From assembly GCF_001194135.2 (NCBI RefSeq), contig NC_068981.1:187197964-187261963 (forward strand): 64,000 bases of DNA, given 5' to 3'. Below the pieces are notes generated by a model that worked only from the letters and a program-made list of their open reading frames with translations, had not been told where the DNA came from and did no database searches. Below, piece after piece: positions 1-13,116 of this stretch (positions are counted from its first letter, which is position 1; every line of letters begins with the position of its first letter). This DNA is from Octopus bimaculoides. Taxonomy: Eukaryota. A program made the position numbers and the translations under genes.

Positions 1-3000
1 CAATAACTCGGGCTCCTTTTATTGAACCTGGTCGCAGTTCATTTATTTTTGTTCAGTGTCTGGTGGTCATCTTAGAGATGCCCTGTGTCAGAAAACATCA
101 TTCGTAGCAGACGTTCTCTTGACTTCATTCACACATGCCTGACTCAGTCTCAGAAGTCACAGCTTGAGTTGTTATCTATAATCGTAAAAATTATAAGTAA
201 TTCAAATTCAATGTTTTCTTGAAACAATAAATTTCTATAGAGATTAGGATTTAAATTCCAATCTATGAAAAGTTTCCGTTCTACAATATTCTTAAAGGAA
301 TGAAAAATTATCCAGCAACTTGGGCTAATACAAACAAGCCTGGTAAGTGTAAAAGATTAACTGGCATCTCTTGTCAAGAGTACAGGCGACAGTCAGATTG
401 CTGATGTTTGTTGTGCATTCCGCTGTCGTTATTTGATTGCTGTTATTCTGTGCATCTATGTGTAAAGATCAGTTGTGTTTTGAAGGGTTGCTTTATTTTT
501 GCCCTTAACGTAGAAATGGAGAAAGACATAGTGCTAAATATAAAAGATAAGCCATTTGGAGCTAGAAATATTGCAGAAAAACATGAAATTCTTTGAGCAG
601 GCATGTGTCTTATGTAAAATTTGTTACATTGATGGCCTGGGGTAGCCTTTGGAGAGATTGGATCTGGCCAGTTTGAATCTAAAATAGGTAGAATATTTGG
701 GCCAGATATGGCCAGTTTAAATAAGAATGGACTACCCCTTCTCCTTGGGGTTCAAAGTCATGCAAGCTGTATGAAGACCTCAGCCATAGAAACCATGCCA
801 AAGTAGACACTGGGGCACAATGTAGTACTTGGGACTATTGGATCTTGAGAAACTGTTAAACCTATACCAGCAGGGAACATGGATGTTAAATGGCAATAAT
901 GACCTAGATGACACAACTAAGTGAAGCCATAGCTGTGAGGGTTAAAGATTTAACTGGTATTCATGGTGATAGCTTTCTTATAAGAAGACTGACTGTACTA
1001 AACAGGTTTTCTGAACTTGAACTTGTTTAAAAAAGAAAATTTTATTACAAAGTGTCAATAACCTGCTCTTGCATAATGCTTGTTTGTTTAGAGAAGGATA
1101 GACCAAGTGAAGTCATGGGTGTGAAGGTAAAGAACGAATTAAGAGCAGGCATAGCTATCTGGGTACAAAGTTCACTTAATAACTGCATGGCTCTGGGTAC
1201 AACTGCAGTACCTTGGGTGAGTGTTTATAATTTTTTTACAATAGTCTTAGGTTGACAAATACATCAAAGTAGAATCTGGTAAATGGAAACTGTGTAGAAG
1301 CCTACAGTATGTATGTATGTATGTAATTATCCAGTTTATTTCAAGATTTCTTGCCAATAAAGAAAGGACTGGTTTTTAACCTAGATCCAAGACTCCTCCA
1401 TTGGGATTTCAACATCAACAACAGGGTATTTTTGTATGAATGAATGAATGCATGTATGTATGTATGTACGTACGTACGTATGTATGTATGTACGTATGTG
1501 CATGCAGATTTGTATGTTTTATGTATGTATTCTCATGCATACACTTGCATATCTAGACATGCTCATATCTATTTAAACGGTATGTATCATCATCATCATC
1601 ATAATCAATTTAAGATCTACTTTTCCATGCTTGCACAAGTCATACAAAGTTTGTTGATATAGTTTCTACAGTTGGATGCTCTTCCTGGGTCGAACCTCAC
1701 CTGTTTCCAAATAAGGTGATATTTTCCATTACTCAGGATATATTTTTAAAAAGATTACAAGCAAAAGACACTATTTCTATGCCAGTGATGTTTGTTTATT
1801 ATTAGTCAAAGAGACACACACGTATATATAATCATCATTTAATGTTTGTATTCCATGCTGGTATGGATTGGACAGTTTGACAGAATTCAGCAGGTCCAAG
1901 AACAGCATGGTGCTCTAGTGTCTGTTTTAACATGATTTCTACAGCTGTATGCCCTTCCTAACACCAACCACTCCAAGAGTGTAGTGGGCGCTTTTTATAT
2001 GCCATAATATCCTAGATGAATGTTGGATATAGAATTTAACAGACTCGTGAGACTCTAAAGCGCACTCTCAACAACTTCTACTGACCTGTCGTCTCAACCA
2101 ATATGCTACTCTTTATAAGAGTTTGGCTAGTCCATTCTTCCAGTCCCCAGGGGTGTCAATGACTCTCACCACAACACATACATTACACACACACACTTAT
2201 ATGACAGGCTTCTTCTCAATTTCCATCTTCCAAATTCATTTTCAAAGCTTTAATTGGTCCAGGGTTATACCTGAAGACAACAGAAGCAGAAACTAAACGG
2301 TTGCAAAACAAACTCCTAAATCACACAGCCATACTTGTACCAAAGCATGTATATTATTTACTAATGTATTTGTGAAAAGGACGGACTGCATGGCAACTTT
2401 TAGTTTGCTCAATTGAAAGGAGTGTCCTCTAGGGCAAAATTCCTCATCTTTAAAATGTGGTCTGAGTAGACCCAAATGAAATCAGGTTATAATACTAGTA
2501 TTATATATTTTGCCACATGTTTGCCAAGGATATAAACCACAACAAGAAACCAGTGTACTTCAAACAAAATCAACCAAGTTATGAACACTTCCTTGCCACT
2601 CCCAGTCACGACGCAGCGAACCAATGATTAATCCATTAGAATTACACACCCACACATACGACAGGTTAACTTTTTGTCCAGCAGATAAAAGAAAATTATG
2701 GGCTGGGCTATGTCATTAGTAATTAAGCAAAAATAACAGGTCATGTTTGTAGACCATACAATAAATATGTGTTTCTATTATTTTATTATTTTAAAAAGAT
2801 TAAATATTACATAACTTCCATTTTTCCATGCTTGCATGGGTCAGATGGAGTTTGCTGATGCCAATTTTCTATTATTGGATGCCCTATCCTTCACCTGTTT
2901 CCAAGCAAGGTAATATTTTCCCATGGCCAGATGTGTTTATTATGAAAGATTGGAAACAAAAGACATTGCTTGTGTGACAATGCTGCTTATTTTACAAGCA

Positions 3001-3404
3001 TCATATGATGGTTATGACTGCAAAAATCTACCCATTTGATCCATGTAAGTAAGTAAAAGAAGACATTGAAATGATAATGGATGACATTTTTCTTCCTCAA
3101 AGGACCATTTTACTCAACATGCTGCTTTCATTATACAAATTAAACAATTCCTTTTAGTAAAAGCAAATTCAATGAAATTCAATTATAACCTTTAACCCTT
3201 TTGTTACCATATTTCTGTTGAGATACTGTGTTTCTTTCAATTAATTAAAAATATAACAAAGAATTTAGTAGAATAACTTCGTTTTCATTAAGTTACAGTT
3301 AGGAACATAAATTTTGGCTAAGATTTTAATTCAGGACTTTTGAAAACAAGACATTTGTACAACAGAGTCAGAGGTGATTTCTGGCGGGGCTAGCAACAAA
3401 GGTG

Positions 3405-3560
3405 TTTTTCTCTCAGAGTGAAGGGCAGAATGTATGATGTGTGTTAGAAGTGCAATGGTGCATGGTTGTGCGACATGGGTCTTGAATGCAGAGAAGAGTG
3501 GAAAGAAATGAGGCTAGCATATTCTGTTGGATGCAGTGCTGGCTTATAGAGATAAAATTA
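3405..3560 (+). mobile_element. RTE-clade LINE ORF fragment
   Basis: Degenerate LRVKGRMYD.CVRSAMVHGCATW...ERNEAS. Confidence 0.65.
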
Positions 3561-4289
3561 GTGGGGGTGCTATTTCAGAAAATTTTTAGTCATTGTTTTA
3601 ATATTGTGTTAAAGGAAGCAAACATATAGAGAAAATTTATACATAAAACTTAATCGGTTCACATTTTAGCCACTGCCAGGTAGTGAATTTGTTCACTTGT
3701 TTTTCAAAAATACCCCCTAAATAACAAAATAAGGGAGGAAAATGTGCCCTATTTTTCAAATCCTGGCAGCAACACTGTAGCTGAAAGCAGGATAATAATC
3801 TAATTCTACACTTTATCACATTCAAGAATATAAACACATTTTTAAGCACAACACACATGGAGTCAAAAAGAAACACTACCGTTCACCAGCACACTGGGGT
3901 TGGCACTGTGTGAATGACAGTGCTCTCTCTCCCTAGCGTGAAGCTTCCTATCTTGGACATGTGAGCATGCACACAACCGCCAAACACTGCGTCGCTGGAA
4001 CTGTGAAGTGCACAGTTCTATACAAGGATTTTTGCATTTTTTTCAATAAACTAGGGGATGGCTACTGACATTAAGCTTAAGGATTATAATGTACAAGTAT
4101 AAAGAAAGAATTAAAGAAAAAAAGGACTCTTTATATTGCATTTTATCGATAATATCGAGTGGAAATAAGGGGTGCTGCAGTTCCGCAGTGCCTATATACG
4201 AGCTGCCACTGGTTGGATGTGCAACATAAGTGTACATGAACAACGAAATACAAATATGGTGAGAAAAAAACTGGACATAAAAAGAACCA

Positions 4290-4535
4290 AATGTAGTGTG
4301 CATGATAGATGACTGCACTGGTATGGAGCTGTGATGTGTATGAATGAAGAGAGCTGCATAAAGAAGTGCCAATCACTTAATATGGATGGCGCTTGCAGAA
4401 GAGGGAGACTGAGGAAAACATGGAATGAAGTGATTAAGATTGATCTCAAGACTCTGAACCTCATGGAGGTGATGACAAAGGATCAAAACGACTGATGAGA
4501 AGCAGTATTTGAGAAGACTGGCACATCTCGTTAAA
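4290..4535 (+). mobile_element. RTE-clade LINE ORF 3' end
   Basis: Degenerate LHWYGAVMCMNEESCIKKCQSLNMDGACRRGRLRKTWNEVIKIDLKTLNL. Confidence 0.7.
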
Positions 4536-4722
4536 AGAGGAACTTTAAAAGACAATGATAATAATCAACCGAAAGGCTATATAGTAGAAGACACTTGCTT
4601 AAGGTGTTATGCTGTGATATAGAACCTGAAACTAGGTGGTTGTGAAGTGAACTTCTTTCCCAGCTGACATTGGCTGGATGGGTCACCACTGTTTGAGTCA
4701 GAACATATTTAAGGGTGCTGAT

Positions 4723-5249
4723 CAGTGGTTCTCAACTGGGGTCCATATGGCCCTTGCAAGTCTGTATAAAATTTTGATAAAATTTATCTGCAATAAATTG
4801 GTTATACTTCTACAATACAATACAAAATATGTTAATTTTTTTTTATACAATTCTTTATAATATTCAAGTATAAAAATATAAAAGGATTTTTTTAAACATC
4901 AAATGGCTATGAGGGTCCATCCATGTAAAACAGAAATCAAAAGGGTCTACAGGCAAAAAAAAAAAAACTTAGTCTTTTCAAAGTTTACCTTGAGACCTCT
5001 TGATTCTAGATTTAGCTTCCACGCCTGGAATTTTGTTACTAATTCTGCTATAGATTCAACTATGAGAACTATATGACCAGTATACCGGAGTAATTGTGGA
5101 CAGCCAGTCTTAAACTTTTCTATGATATATAGGAGAGAACCAAGCCTTGACGAACACCTTGTAAACTCTATTTAGTTGAAGAAAGTTATGCTGAAGCCCA
5201 TCATATAAGTACATGTGTGTATGTGTATCTATGTTTATGAGAACCACTG
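4723..5249. mobile_element. Probable hAT-like MITE split by an internal RT fragment
   Basis: CAGTGGTTCTC at 4723 and GAGAACCACTG ending at 5249; interior resembles the 26.9-kb MITE; the flanking 8-mers do not match. Confidence 0.45.
4965..5200 (-). mobile_element. RTE-clade RT internal fragment
   Basis: GVRQGLVLSP...LRYTGHIVLIVESIAELVTKFQAWKLNLESRGLKVNFEKTK (decayed YADD region). Confidence 0.7.
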
Positions 5250-8200
5250 ATCAAGATAGGTGGAAGATTGCATCTCAATGACGAGTTCTGTTTTTGATGT
5301 TTTGTGTAGAAATGTGTTTTCGTAAGTTTTTATTAAAACTGCTTGAGAAAACGTGGAGACATTGTTTACATTTTCCAGTGAACAAAAGTTTGGTAATTTC
5401 AGTGGCTTCATTGGTTTTGATATGTAAAGACAAGTGGAATGAAACAAGCTTATTCTGATAACAAGGTCTAATGACAGGAAAAAAACCATTCATTCTTGCT
5501 TCGCTAAGCCTTGTCTAATACACTGCAAGCATATAAATCATCGTCATTTAACTGTGTTCCATGCTGGCATGGGCGGGGTGGTTTGACAGACAGAATATAA
5601 CTAATCTGAGGGTTGCGATAGTCTCTAATGTTTCCTTGGGTAAAATATCTATGGCTGGCTGCTGTCCCTAATACCAGCCACTTGACAGTGTACTGGGTGA
5701 TTTTTTTCATGGCACCAGCACTTGGTCACGAAGTAACTCACAAGACAAGACCTCTAGACGATCGTGGTGCAAAACAGAGTACCAAGATTAACAGAGACTA
5801 AAACAGGATATGGCTACCCGAGCAGGAAAGGAAGAAAGGCTGGTAGAGATGAGGTGTCACTGTGTACACACGTCATACAAGGTAACTAGAGAGAGAATAG
5901 GGGCTGAGAATCAAATTGAGGATGGCTGGGTGGGTAGATAGACCCACAAGAATAAAGAGGGATACGTATTGTATTCGATTAATCTGTCAAATAGTTTGCC
6001 CCCAAGTAATTAGCTATAAAGTTAAATATTTAGCACACACATATACATGTATGGCTACACTTTTCAAGAAATAAACCAATTACCAAGTAATAGTCGACCA
6101 AAAGATTTTCAGATTTGACCTGGGACTAAACAACTACAACTAGTCCCTGATATCCACGTAGATGAAAAAAAAAATAATAAAACCAATAAAGCAGATGGTG
6201 ACGTATAGATTTTTGTAGGACACTGACTGACAAATTAACAGAATTAACTTTGGGGGCAGATGTTTAAGTTAATTTTTGTCGATCCCAGGATAAAAGACGA
6301 AGTAGAGCTCAGTATGATTTGAACACAGAACATAAAAATAAAGAGATAAGTATAGATTTTTTTTTTTGTTTAAATCGACAGCAAAATCTGGAAATAAAAG
6401 GCCAAATAGTAACATACTGGCTTTTAGCTCAACTAAAATATTATTTCAGTGTTGTATTTGCTTGGCAAATTACTCGTGAATTGAAAGTGAAACAATCACA
6501 TCATCGTAAAATTATATGAGCCAATTATAAAATTAGAATAGATGGAGATGCAAAACTGAAATGTTGAAAACTTTTGTCGCACTTCTGCAATTTGTCACTG
6601 AAAAGTGATGCAATGGCATTGTGTCAATGATCTGCCCGAAAAGTGCAGCAAAACTTTTTCACAATGTATATTATAGGATACTATTATGAAATACAAACAA
6701 GAGCGAATCTTCGAATGATTAACATGACGCACCTAAGAAATAATTAAGGCAAAGGAAAACTCAAATTCAACAAAGCTTAAAAGAAATTTATCCATTAATT
6801 ATGAATCGAACCCCGAACGAGTACATAGAAAATACAAAGGAAGAGAGTGAGAAATAATATCTCTTAGATCTAAACTGGAAAGAGTTATTGTTGTAATATA
6901 ATAATGATTGCTAATGAGGCGTGGGTCCTGTTGATATGGTTGTTAAGAGGGCCGGGCTACAAAGCCGGCAATTAGTAAAATAAATACGCATACAACTACA
7001 TTTAGATTTAATATATTTCACCATTTAAATAGATAATTTTGTAAGAGGATCAATAAATAAATATATATTATAGATGAGTAAATATAAAGCAATACCTTTG
7101 ATATTGTGAGCACCAGTTAGTTCTGTGTATAAAGAGTGGAGGAAATGGTTTTGCAGCAGTCTGCCACGAGTAACATCACAACGAGGCTGAATAAACTTTC
7201 CTATCAACATGGACCGACGTTTATCACTTGGCAACTAAATTACGCGTTTATTTCTTGTGGGGATTTCTTTTTTTTAATGTTTTGTTTATTTTATACTACA
7301 GTTTCTAAACTGTGCTGTTTGTTATGGATTTCAGCGAACCAATATCTGGTTTACAGCATATCTAACAGTAAGAATAGCAAGGGAACTATCAGTACCTTGA
7401 TGGGAGGGACTTTATTCTCGTAAAGGACTTCGCTCGTTGAGCACCGGATCTTTTTTACTGATATTTACATCGGCGAAAACAGAAGCATTTACAAATACAC
7501 GTACATTCATACATATATATGCGCAGCAGAGGTACCCGACAATATCCACTTATTACAGCGAAGTAACATAATACAGTAAAGACTAAATTTGAGTGTTTCG
7601 TTACTATTTTCACCATATCATGTTACCCACTTGGAGATCTTTGTCAAATCATACATACATCTATACATATAACAGCAAAGTGTATTTAGGAAGAAATTTT
7701 GCTGTTTCTGCGAGGTCTTGTTGCCATTTAGAAATCATTCTTAATACATAAAGCAGTAGGCTAATGATTTGAGAACGATATGGCTGCTATCAAATCTAAC
7801 TACCTCGTTGGGACCCCCACATAGGTTATACGTATGGCATGCTTTCGATAAAACGGTAGGATATGATTTTTAGGGAGATTTGGCAGTTATTTCTACCAGG
7901 CCTAGCTAGCCATTAAAGTGTTTCATTGACAAAAAGATTTTCAATACGGTGGGTAATAGTTAATACAGCTATGCTAAGAAATAACGTAACACAAGATTAC
8001 TTGAGAACAAACCTTTCAGACATAGAACAATATAAACAGTGGAACTAAAGTTACAATAAGGTCTGATACAAAAATTAAGGGCGACAAAGTTGTCTGTATC
8101 TCTAACTCTAAATGTAAGCTAAATCAGATATTGGTTTAGTCAACAAGTACCGTATCAAATGGCATATTATAAAACGCATTTTTTTTTACCAAAAGAAAAT

Positions 8201-8959
8201 GTCAAATGGCTAGTCCCCTTCCCCAAAAATTTTCAAGGCCTTGTGCCTAGAGTAGAAATAATTATATTGGTCCCAGTACTTGGTTGATATTTTGTTTTAT
8301 CAAGTCCATAAGGACAAAAGGCAAAGTTGACTATGGCTGCATTTGAACTCATTTTGTAAAAAAGCTGGGAAGATACTACTAAACATTTTCGACCAATTTG
8401 CATATAATCCCACTACTTTCTGATCAAATTCCCCATCCTTAGCCACTCTTATATCTCTCACACTATTCCCTCTCCATACTGGTATTTCCCTTGTTCATCA
8501 CTCACTATTTTCACCTCTGCTCCCATCTTTCATCATCTGTTACTCTCCACTTACACTCTTAAGAAAGTATCCACTCTCTTATCCCATCCCATCACTCATT
8601 GTCTCTATCCTCTCTCTTGTACCTTGAGAGTCTGCTGTAGCATTCCATCATTAGCTTCCTTTATCTCTTTTGCACATCTGTGCTTGTCCCTCTGTCATTG
8701 TTTCGCCTTTCAACACCAGGCAGAAAGCCACCCACCTCCACCTTCCCCTCTCATATACTCCCCTCTTAGTAGTGGGAGCTTTTTCTTTTTTCTGTCTTGC
8801 ATGTTTATGCAATGTAATAAAAACACACCAGCACTGTAGAGTGGCTGGCGTTTGGAAGGGCATTCAGCTTCAGAAGCCATGCCAAAGAAGACAATGGACC
8901 TTGCTAGATCCAGTCAAATCATCATTCGTGATCAGAGTTGTTCAAAAACCAAAGTACTA

Positions 8960-9001
<42 letters not shown>

Positions 9002-9633
9002 TCTTTTATTCTTTCTTTTACTTGTTTCAGTCATTTGAATGTGGCGAAGCTGTTGCACCGCCTTTAGTTGACCAAATCGACCCCAGGACTTATTCTTTGT
9101 AAACCTAGTACTTATTCTATTGATCTCCTTTGCTGAACCACTAGCTAAGGGGACATAAACACACCAACATCAGTTGTCAAGTGATGGTGGTGGTGGGGGG
9201 ACAAATACAGACGCACAAATACATACATACATACACACACACATACATACATACACACACACATACATTGTTATATACATATATATACCAGGCATGGTCA
9301 CAGGAATTTTTCAAAGGGAGGGCACAAGGTCAGAAGGGAATACAATTCCAGGAGAAAAGGGCTTAATAACATTATTTAGAAGGGCACAGTTCTTTTCTTG
9401 AGCGGGGCACATGCCCAAGAAGATGTGGTATGAGGTCATGAAATATATTGTCTTTAGTTGTTGAGTCTCATGGAGGAGACTGACAAGGGATGGAGACCTC
9501 TGGCAGTTTACTGTGCTTGAGAAGACACATCAACCTAAGTGAAATTATGACCATGCCCAGTGCCGGTAACACATAAAAGGCATCCAGTATATTCTCTAGT
9601 GTGGTTGGCATTATGAAGAGCACCCAGCCATAG

Positions 9634-9989
9634 TTGGCACTCCATCGCTTACGACATCGAGGGTTCCAGTTGATCCGATCAACGGAACAGCCTGCTCGTG
9701 AAATTGACGTGCAAGTGGCTGAGCACTCCACAGACACGTGTACCCTTAACGTAGTTCTCGAGGATATTCAGCGTGACAAGGCTGACCCTTTGAATTACAG
9801 GCACAACAGAAACAAGGAGTAAGAGTGAGAGAAAGTTGTGGTGAAAGAATACAGCAGGGTTCACCACCATCCTCTGCCGGAACCTCGTGGAGCTTTAGGT
9901 GTTTTCGCTCAATAAACACTCACAACGCCCGGTCTGGGAATCGAAACCGTGAGTCCATTGCCCTAACTACTGGGCCATTGCGCCTCCAC
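9634..9989 (-). mobile_element. tRNA-derived SINE family D, nested in an RTE tail
   Basis: Head GTGGAGGCGCAATGGCCCAG..GGTTTCGATTCCC. Near-identical copy at about 59714-60060; same head at 35689-35953. Confidence 0.8.
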
Positions 9990-10827
9990 CCAATCATAGA
10001 AACTATGTTAAAACAGATTTGAGCCTGGTGCAGCTCTCCAGCTTACAAGTTCCAGTCAAACTGTCTAACCCATGCCAGCATGGAAAATGGATGCTAAATG
10101 ATGATGATATGAACCTGAACAATTATTTTATAATTGTTAAATATTTTCTTAGTGAGAATTTGTCATTTCCTCAAAATTGCAAAGATGGAAATAATTTGAC
10201 TCTCTCCGAAGAGCTTTGGCTTAAAAATCAATGGTCGACATAACCATGTGTATGTGCGTGTGAGAGGAAGGGGCAGAAGTGATATGGGAACAAGAAAATG
10301 TGTACGTGACAGAGAAATATGATGAGATCAAGAAAATGACATAGCAAATAAAGGGAGGGAGAAGTTTTTCTTACTACCACTCCACATTCCTCCTACTCTC
10401 TCGACTCCTACCACTTTCAACTGTCATTACACAGGCAAAAAGCCAAGTTCAAACTTATATAAGTAGTAAGATAAACAGTGGAGAATTGGTTAGATAGAAT
10501 GCTTATTTGTTTTGGCTACTCAAATCCCACTAAGGTCAGCTTTGCCTTTCATCCTTCTGAGATCAATAAAGTGTTAATCCAGGTAGAGGATTGGTAGAAT
10601 TGTTGGAGCATTAGAGGAGACTGTTTTGTGATAGCTCACATTGTGCTTGGGAGTACCTCAGTTAATGCTCAGTTAGGCAGTGGGAACAGATAAGCCTACA
10701 ACCAGCATAAATAGGCTGGTAACAGTATACTGAGATTTCATATACCAGTAAATCAAAAGTGACTGTGTATATGTGTGTATAAACAGTTTGGCTGCTTGTT
10801 TCTCTGGAGACTGTCAGAATGATGTGG

Positions 10828-10875
10828 ACACCTCTGATGAAAACCCAATAAGGTTTGAAAATCGATTAAGGTTGT
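10828..10875 (+). ncRNA. Minimal type I hammerhead ribozyme motif
   Basis: ACACCT-CTGATGA-AAACC(caataa)GGTTT-GAAA-ATCGAT-TA^-AGGTTGT: stems I and II pair, stem III is palindromic (AATCGATT), predicted cut after 10868. Confidence 0.7.
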
Positions 10876-11130
10876 TCTTCATTTTCTCAGTCTGCAGAGA
10901 AGTAGCTAAAATTTGCCGTTTATAATTATACCACACGTTACATATTTATTATATCATACCTTGATACTATAGGGACTAGGATCCCTGTTGACAGGCCACT
11001 GGTATTTACAGAGTGTTAAACACTTTCAGTATGCAAATTAGGGACCCCTTCATAGAGTAACTGCTGCATTTGTTCAGTATATAAACAGTTTGACTGCTTG
11101 TTTCTCTGGCGATTGTCAGAATGATGTGGA

Positions 11131-11174
11131 AGCCTCTGATGAAAACCCAATAAGGCTTGAAAATGATTAAGGTT
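11131..11174 (+). ncRNA. Second, slightly decayed hammerhead motif
   Basis: AGCCT-CTGATGA-AAACC(caataa)GGCTT-GAAA-ATGAT-TA^-AGGTT: one stem II mismatch and a 1-nt loss in stem III. Confidence 0.55.
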
Positions 11175-11644
11175 GTTCATTTTTTTTTCAGTCTGCAGAG
11201 AAATAGCTAAAATTTGCCCTGTTTATAATAATACCATGTTACGCACACACACACACATATATATATATGTATATATACCTAGACTTACTGTTAACAAAAG
11301 TTAGGGTGCATGGAGTTCAGCTATTCCCTAAATGAAAAAGTGCATTAAATACTACAAAACATACACATAGGATAGACACCAGAACCCTAACACTTCATCA
11401 GTTATCGACCGAAAAATATTAATACCTAGTTTCATGCCTTTAATGATACGATTAGGGACTTCATATATCGGTGGTACCCACTAAATTTGCAGAATATTAG
11501 AGCTTGAGCAAACAAAATCATACAGGGTTGACTTACAAAAGTAAACAACAGTAATTTGAAACAATAGACGAAGACCATAAATAAATAAATAAATATAGCT
11601 TTGGGGCCAAACACGAGAATGATGGATAAATGCCTGGGAGAAAT

Positions 11645-11683
<39 letters not shown>

Positions 11684-12589
11684 TCATCATCATCATCTAG
11701 AGTAGAAAATAATATTAGACTATTTTCTATAGTCAATATATGCTGAAGGCTCATAATTCAAGTTTCACTAAACAAACTTATTCAACCAGAGGTGAAAATT
11801 TTCCTTTTAATGTTTTAGTATCATTGTTTTCTACTGCGGGATGCTTTTCCTGTTGCCAATCCCTCACCTGTTTGTAAGCAAGGTATTTTGCCCCTTGGCC
11901 AGATATGTTCCACAGGAAATGAAGAACTCAGTTTGTATGATGGTAGTGCTCATCATCATCATACTCAGTTACAATTAATGCACAATGTCACCAAAAGGAG
12001 ACAAAAATGCACACACACAACAGGCTTCTTTCAGTTTCCCTCTACCAAATCCACTCATAAGGCTTTGTTTGACCCAAGACTACTGTAGAAGACACTTTCC
12101 CAATGTGCCATGCATTGGGATTGAATCTGAATCCTTCAGACTGTGGATTAAAAGGTGGCGAGTTGGCAGAAAAGTTAGCACGCCGGGAGAAATGCTTAGA
12201 GGTATTTCGTCTGCTGCTACATTCGGAGTTCAAATTCCGCCAAGGCCAACTTTGCCTTTCATCTTTTCGGGGTCAATAAATTAAGTACCAGTTACGTACT
12301 GGGGTCAATGTAATCGACTTAATCCCTTTGTCTGTCCTTGTGGGAAATAAAGAAATAAGACTGTGGAACAAACTTCTTAACTACACAGCCATGTTTGTTT
12401 AGATAAGAAAAATGTGAAGCTTCATTTTAAATAAAATATTAAAACATACAAAAAGACTATTTGAAAAACAGGGTTGGTTTTTTTAAAATTTTTATTTTGA
12501 CATGAGAAAATTTTACAAATAGTTATAAAAAAATAAAAAATTTATAACAATATGGTTTAAAGTGAGATTACTTTCCAATAGAACTAAAT

Positions 12590-13083
12590 TTACCATATAA
12601 ATGGTGCCCGTTCTCTTAGTATGCGTACACTCCATTGTTGCCATTCTTTTTGTCGGATCCAAAGTTCCTGTGTTGTATCTAAACAGGAGAGTACAGAAGC
12701 ACCTTTCCAGGGTATTAAATTTGGTTCCATATCCTGACAATGGATAAAATTCTTCATATCAGCCATTATATTTACACAAGTATAACATGAACAAATTCAA
12801 GAAAAAATCTCAAAATAATAATAATAATAATGGCTTCAAATTTCGATACAAGGGTAGCAGGTTTTTTTGGGGTGGGGGTGGGGGNNNNNNNNNNNNNNNN
12901 NNNNNNNNNNGGGGGAGTCGATTGCATCGATCCCAGTGTTTAACTGGTACTTAATTTATCAACCCTCGAAAGGATGAAAAGCAAAGTCAACCTCAGCGGA
13001 ATTTGAACTCAGAATGTAGAGGCAGACGAAATACTGCTAAGCATTTTGCCTGGCGTGCAAACGAATTCTACCAGCTTGCCTCC

Positions 13084-13116
<33 letters not shown>

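Larger units (their letters stand above)
10778..11245 (+). repeat. Two ~165-bp direct repeats (period ~301 nt), each with a minimal type I hammerhead motif; retrozyme or Penelope pLTR-like
   Basis: Copies at about 10778-10940 and 11079-11245. CTGATGA at 10834 and 11136, stem II AAACC/GGTTT, GAAA at 10857 and 11159. Confidence 0.75.

Noticed and set aside
1-178. Minus-strand acceptor-like site near 176
   Set aside because: All three frames stop within about 50 nt.
4490-4515. CTGATGA motif, also near 11400 and 46775 on the minus strand
   Set aside because: No stem II-GAAA geometry; not hammerheads.
5275-5475. Minus-strand ORF with Cys/His residues (PCYQNKL...CKQCLHVF) behind an acceptor-like site
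   Set aside because: No recognisable domain and no linkable neighbouring exons.
12870-12916. G-run, possible G-quadruplex
   Set aside because: It spans an N-gap and lies in a SINE tail variant.
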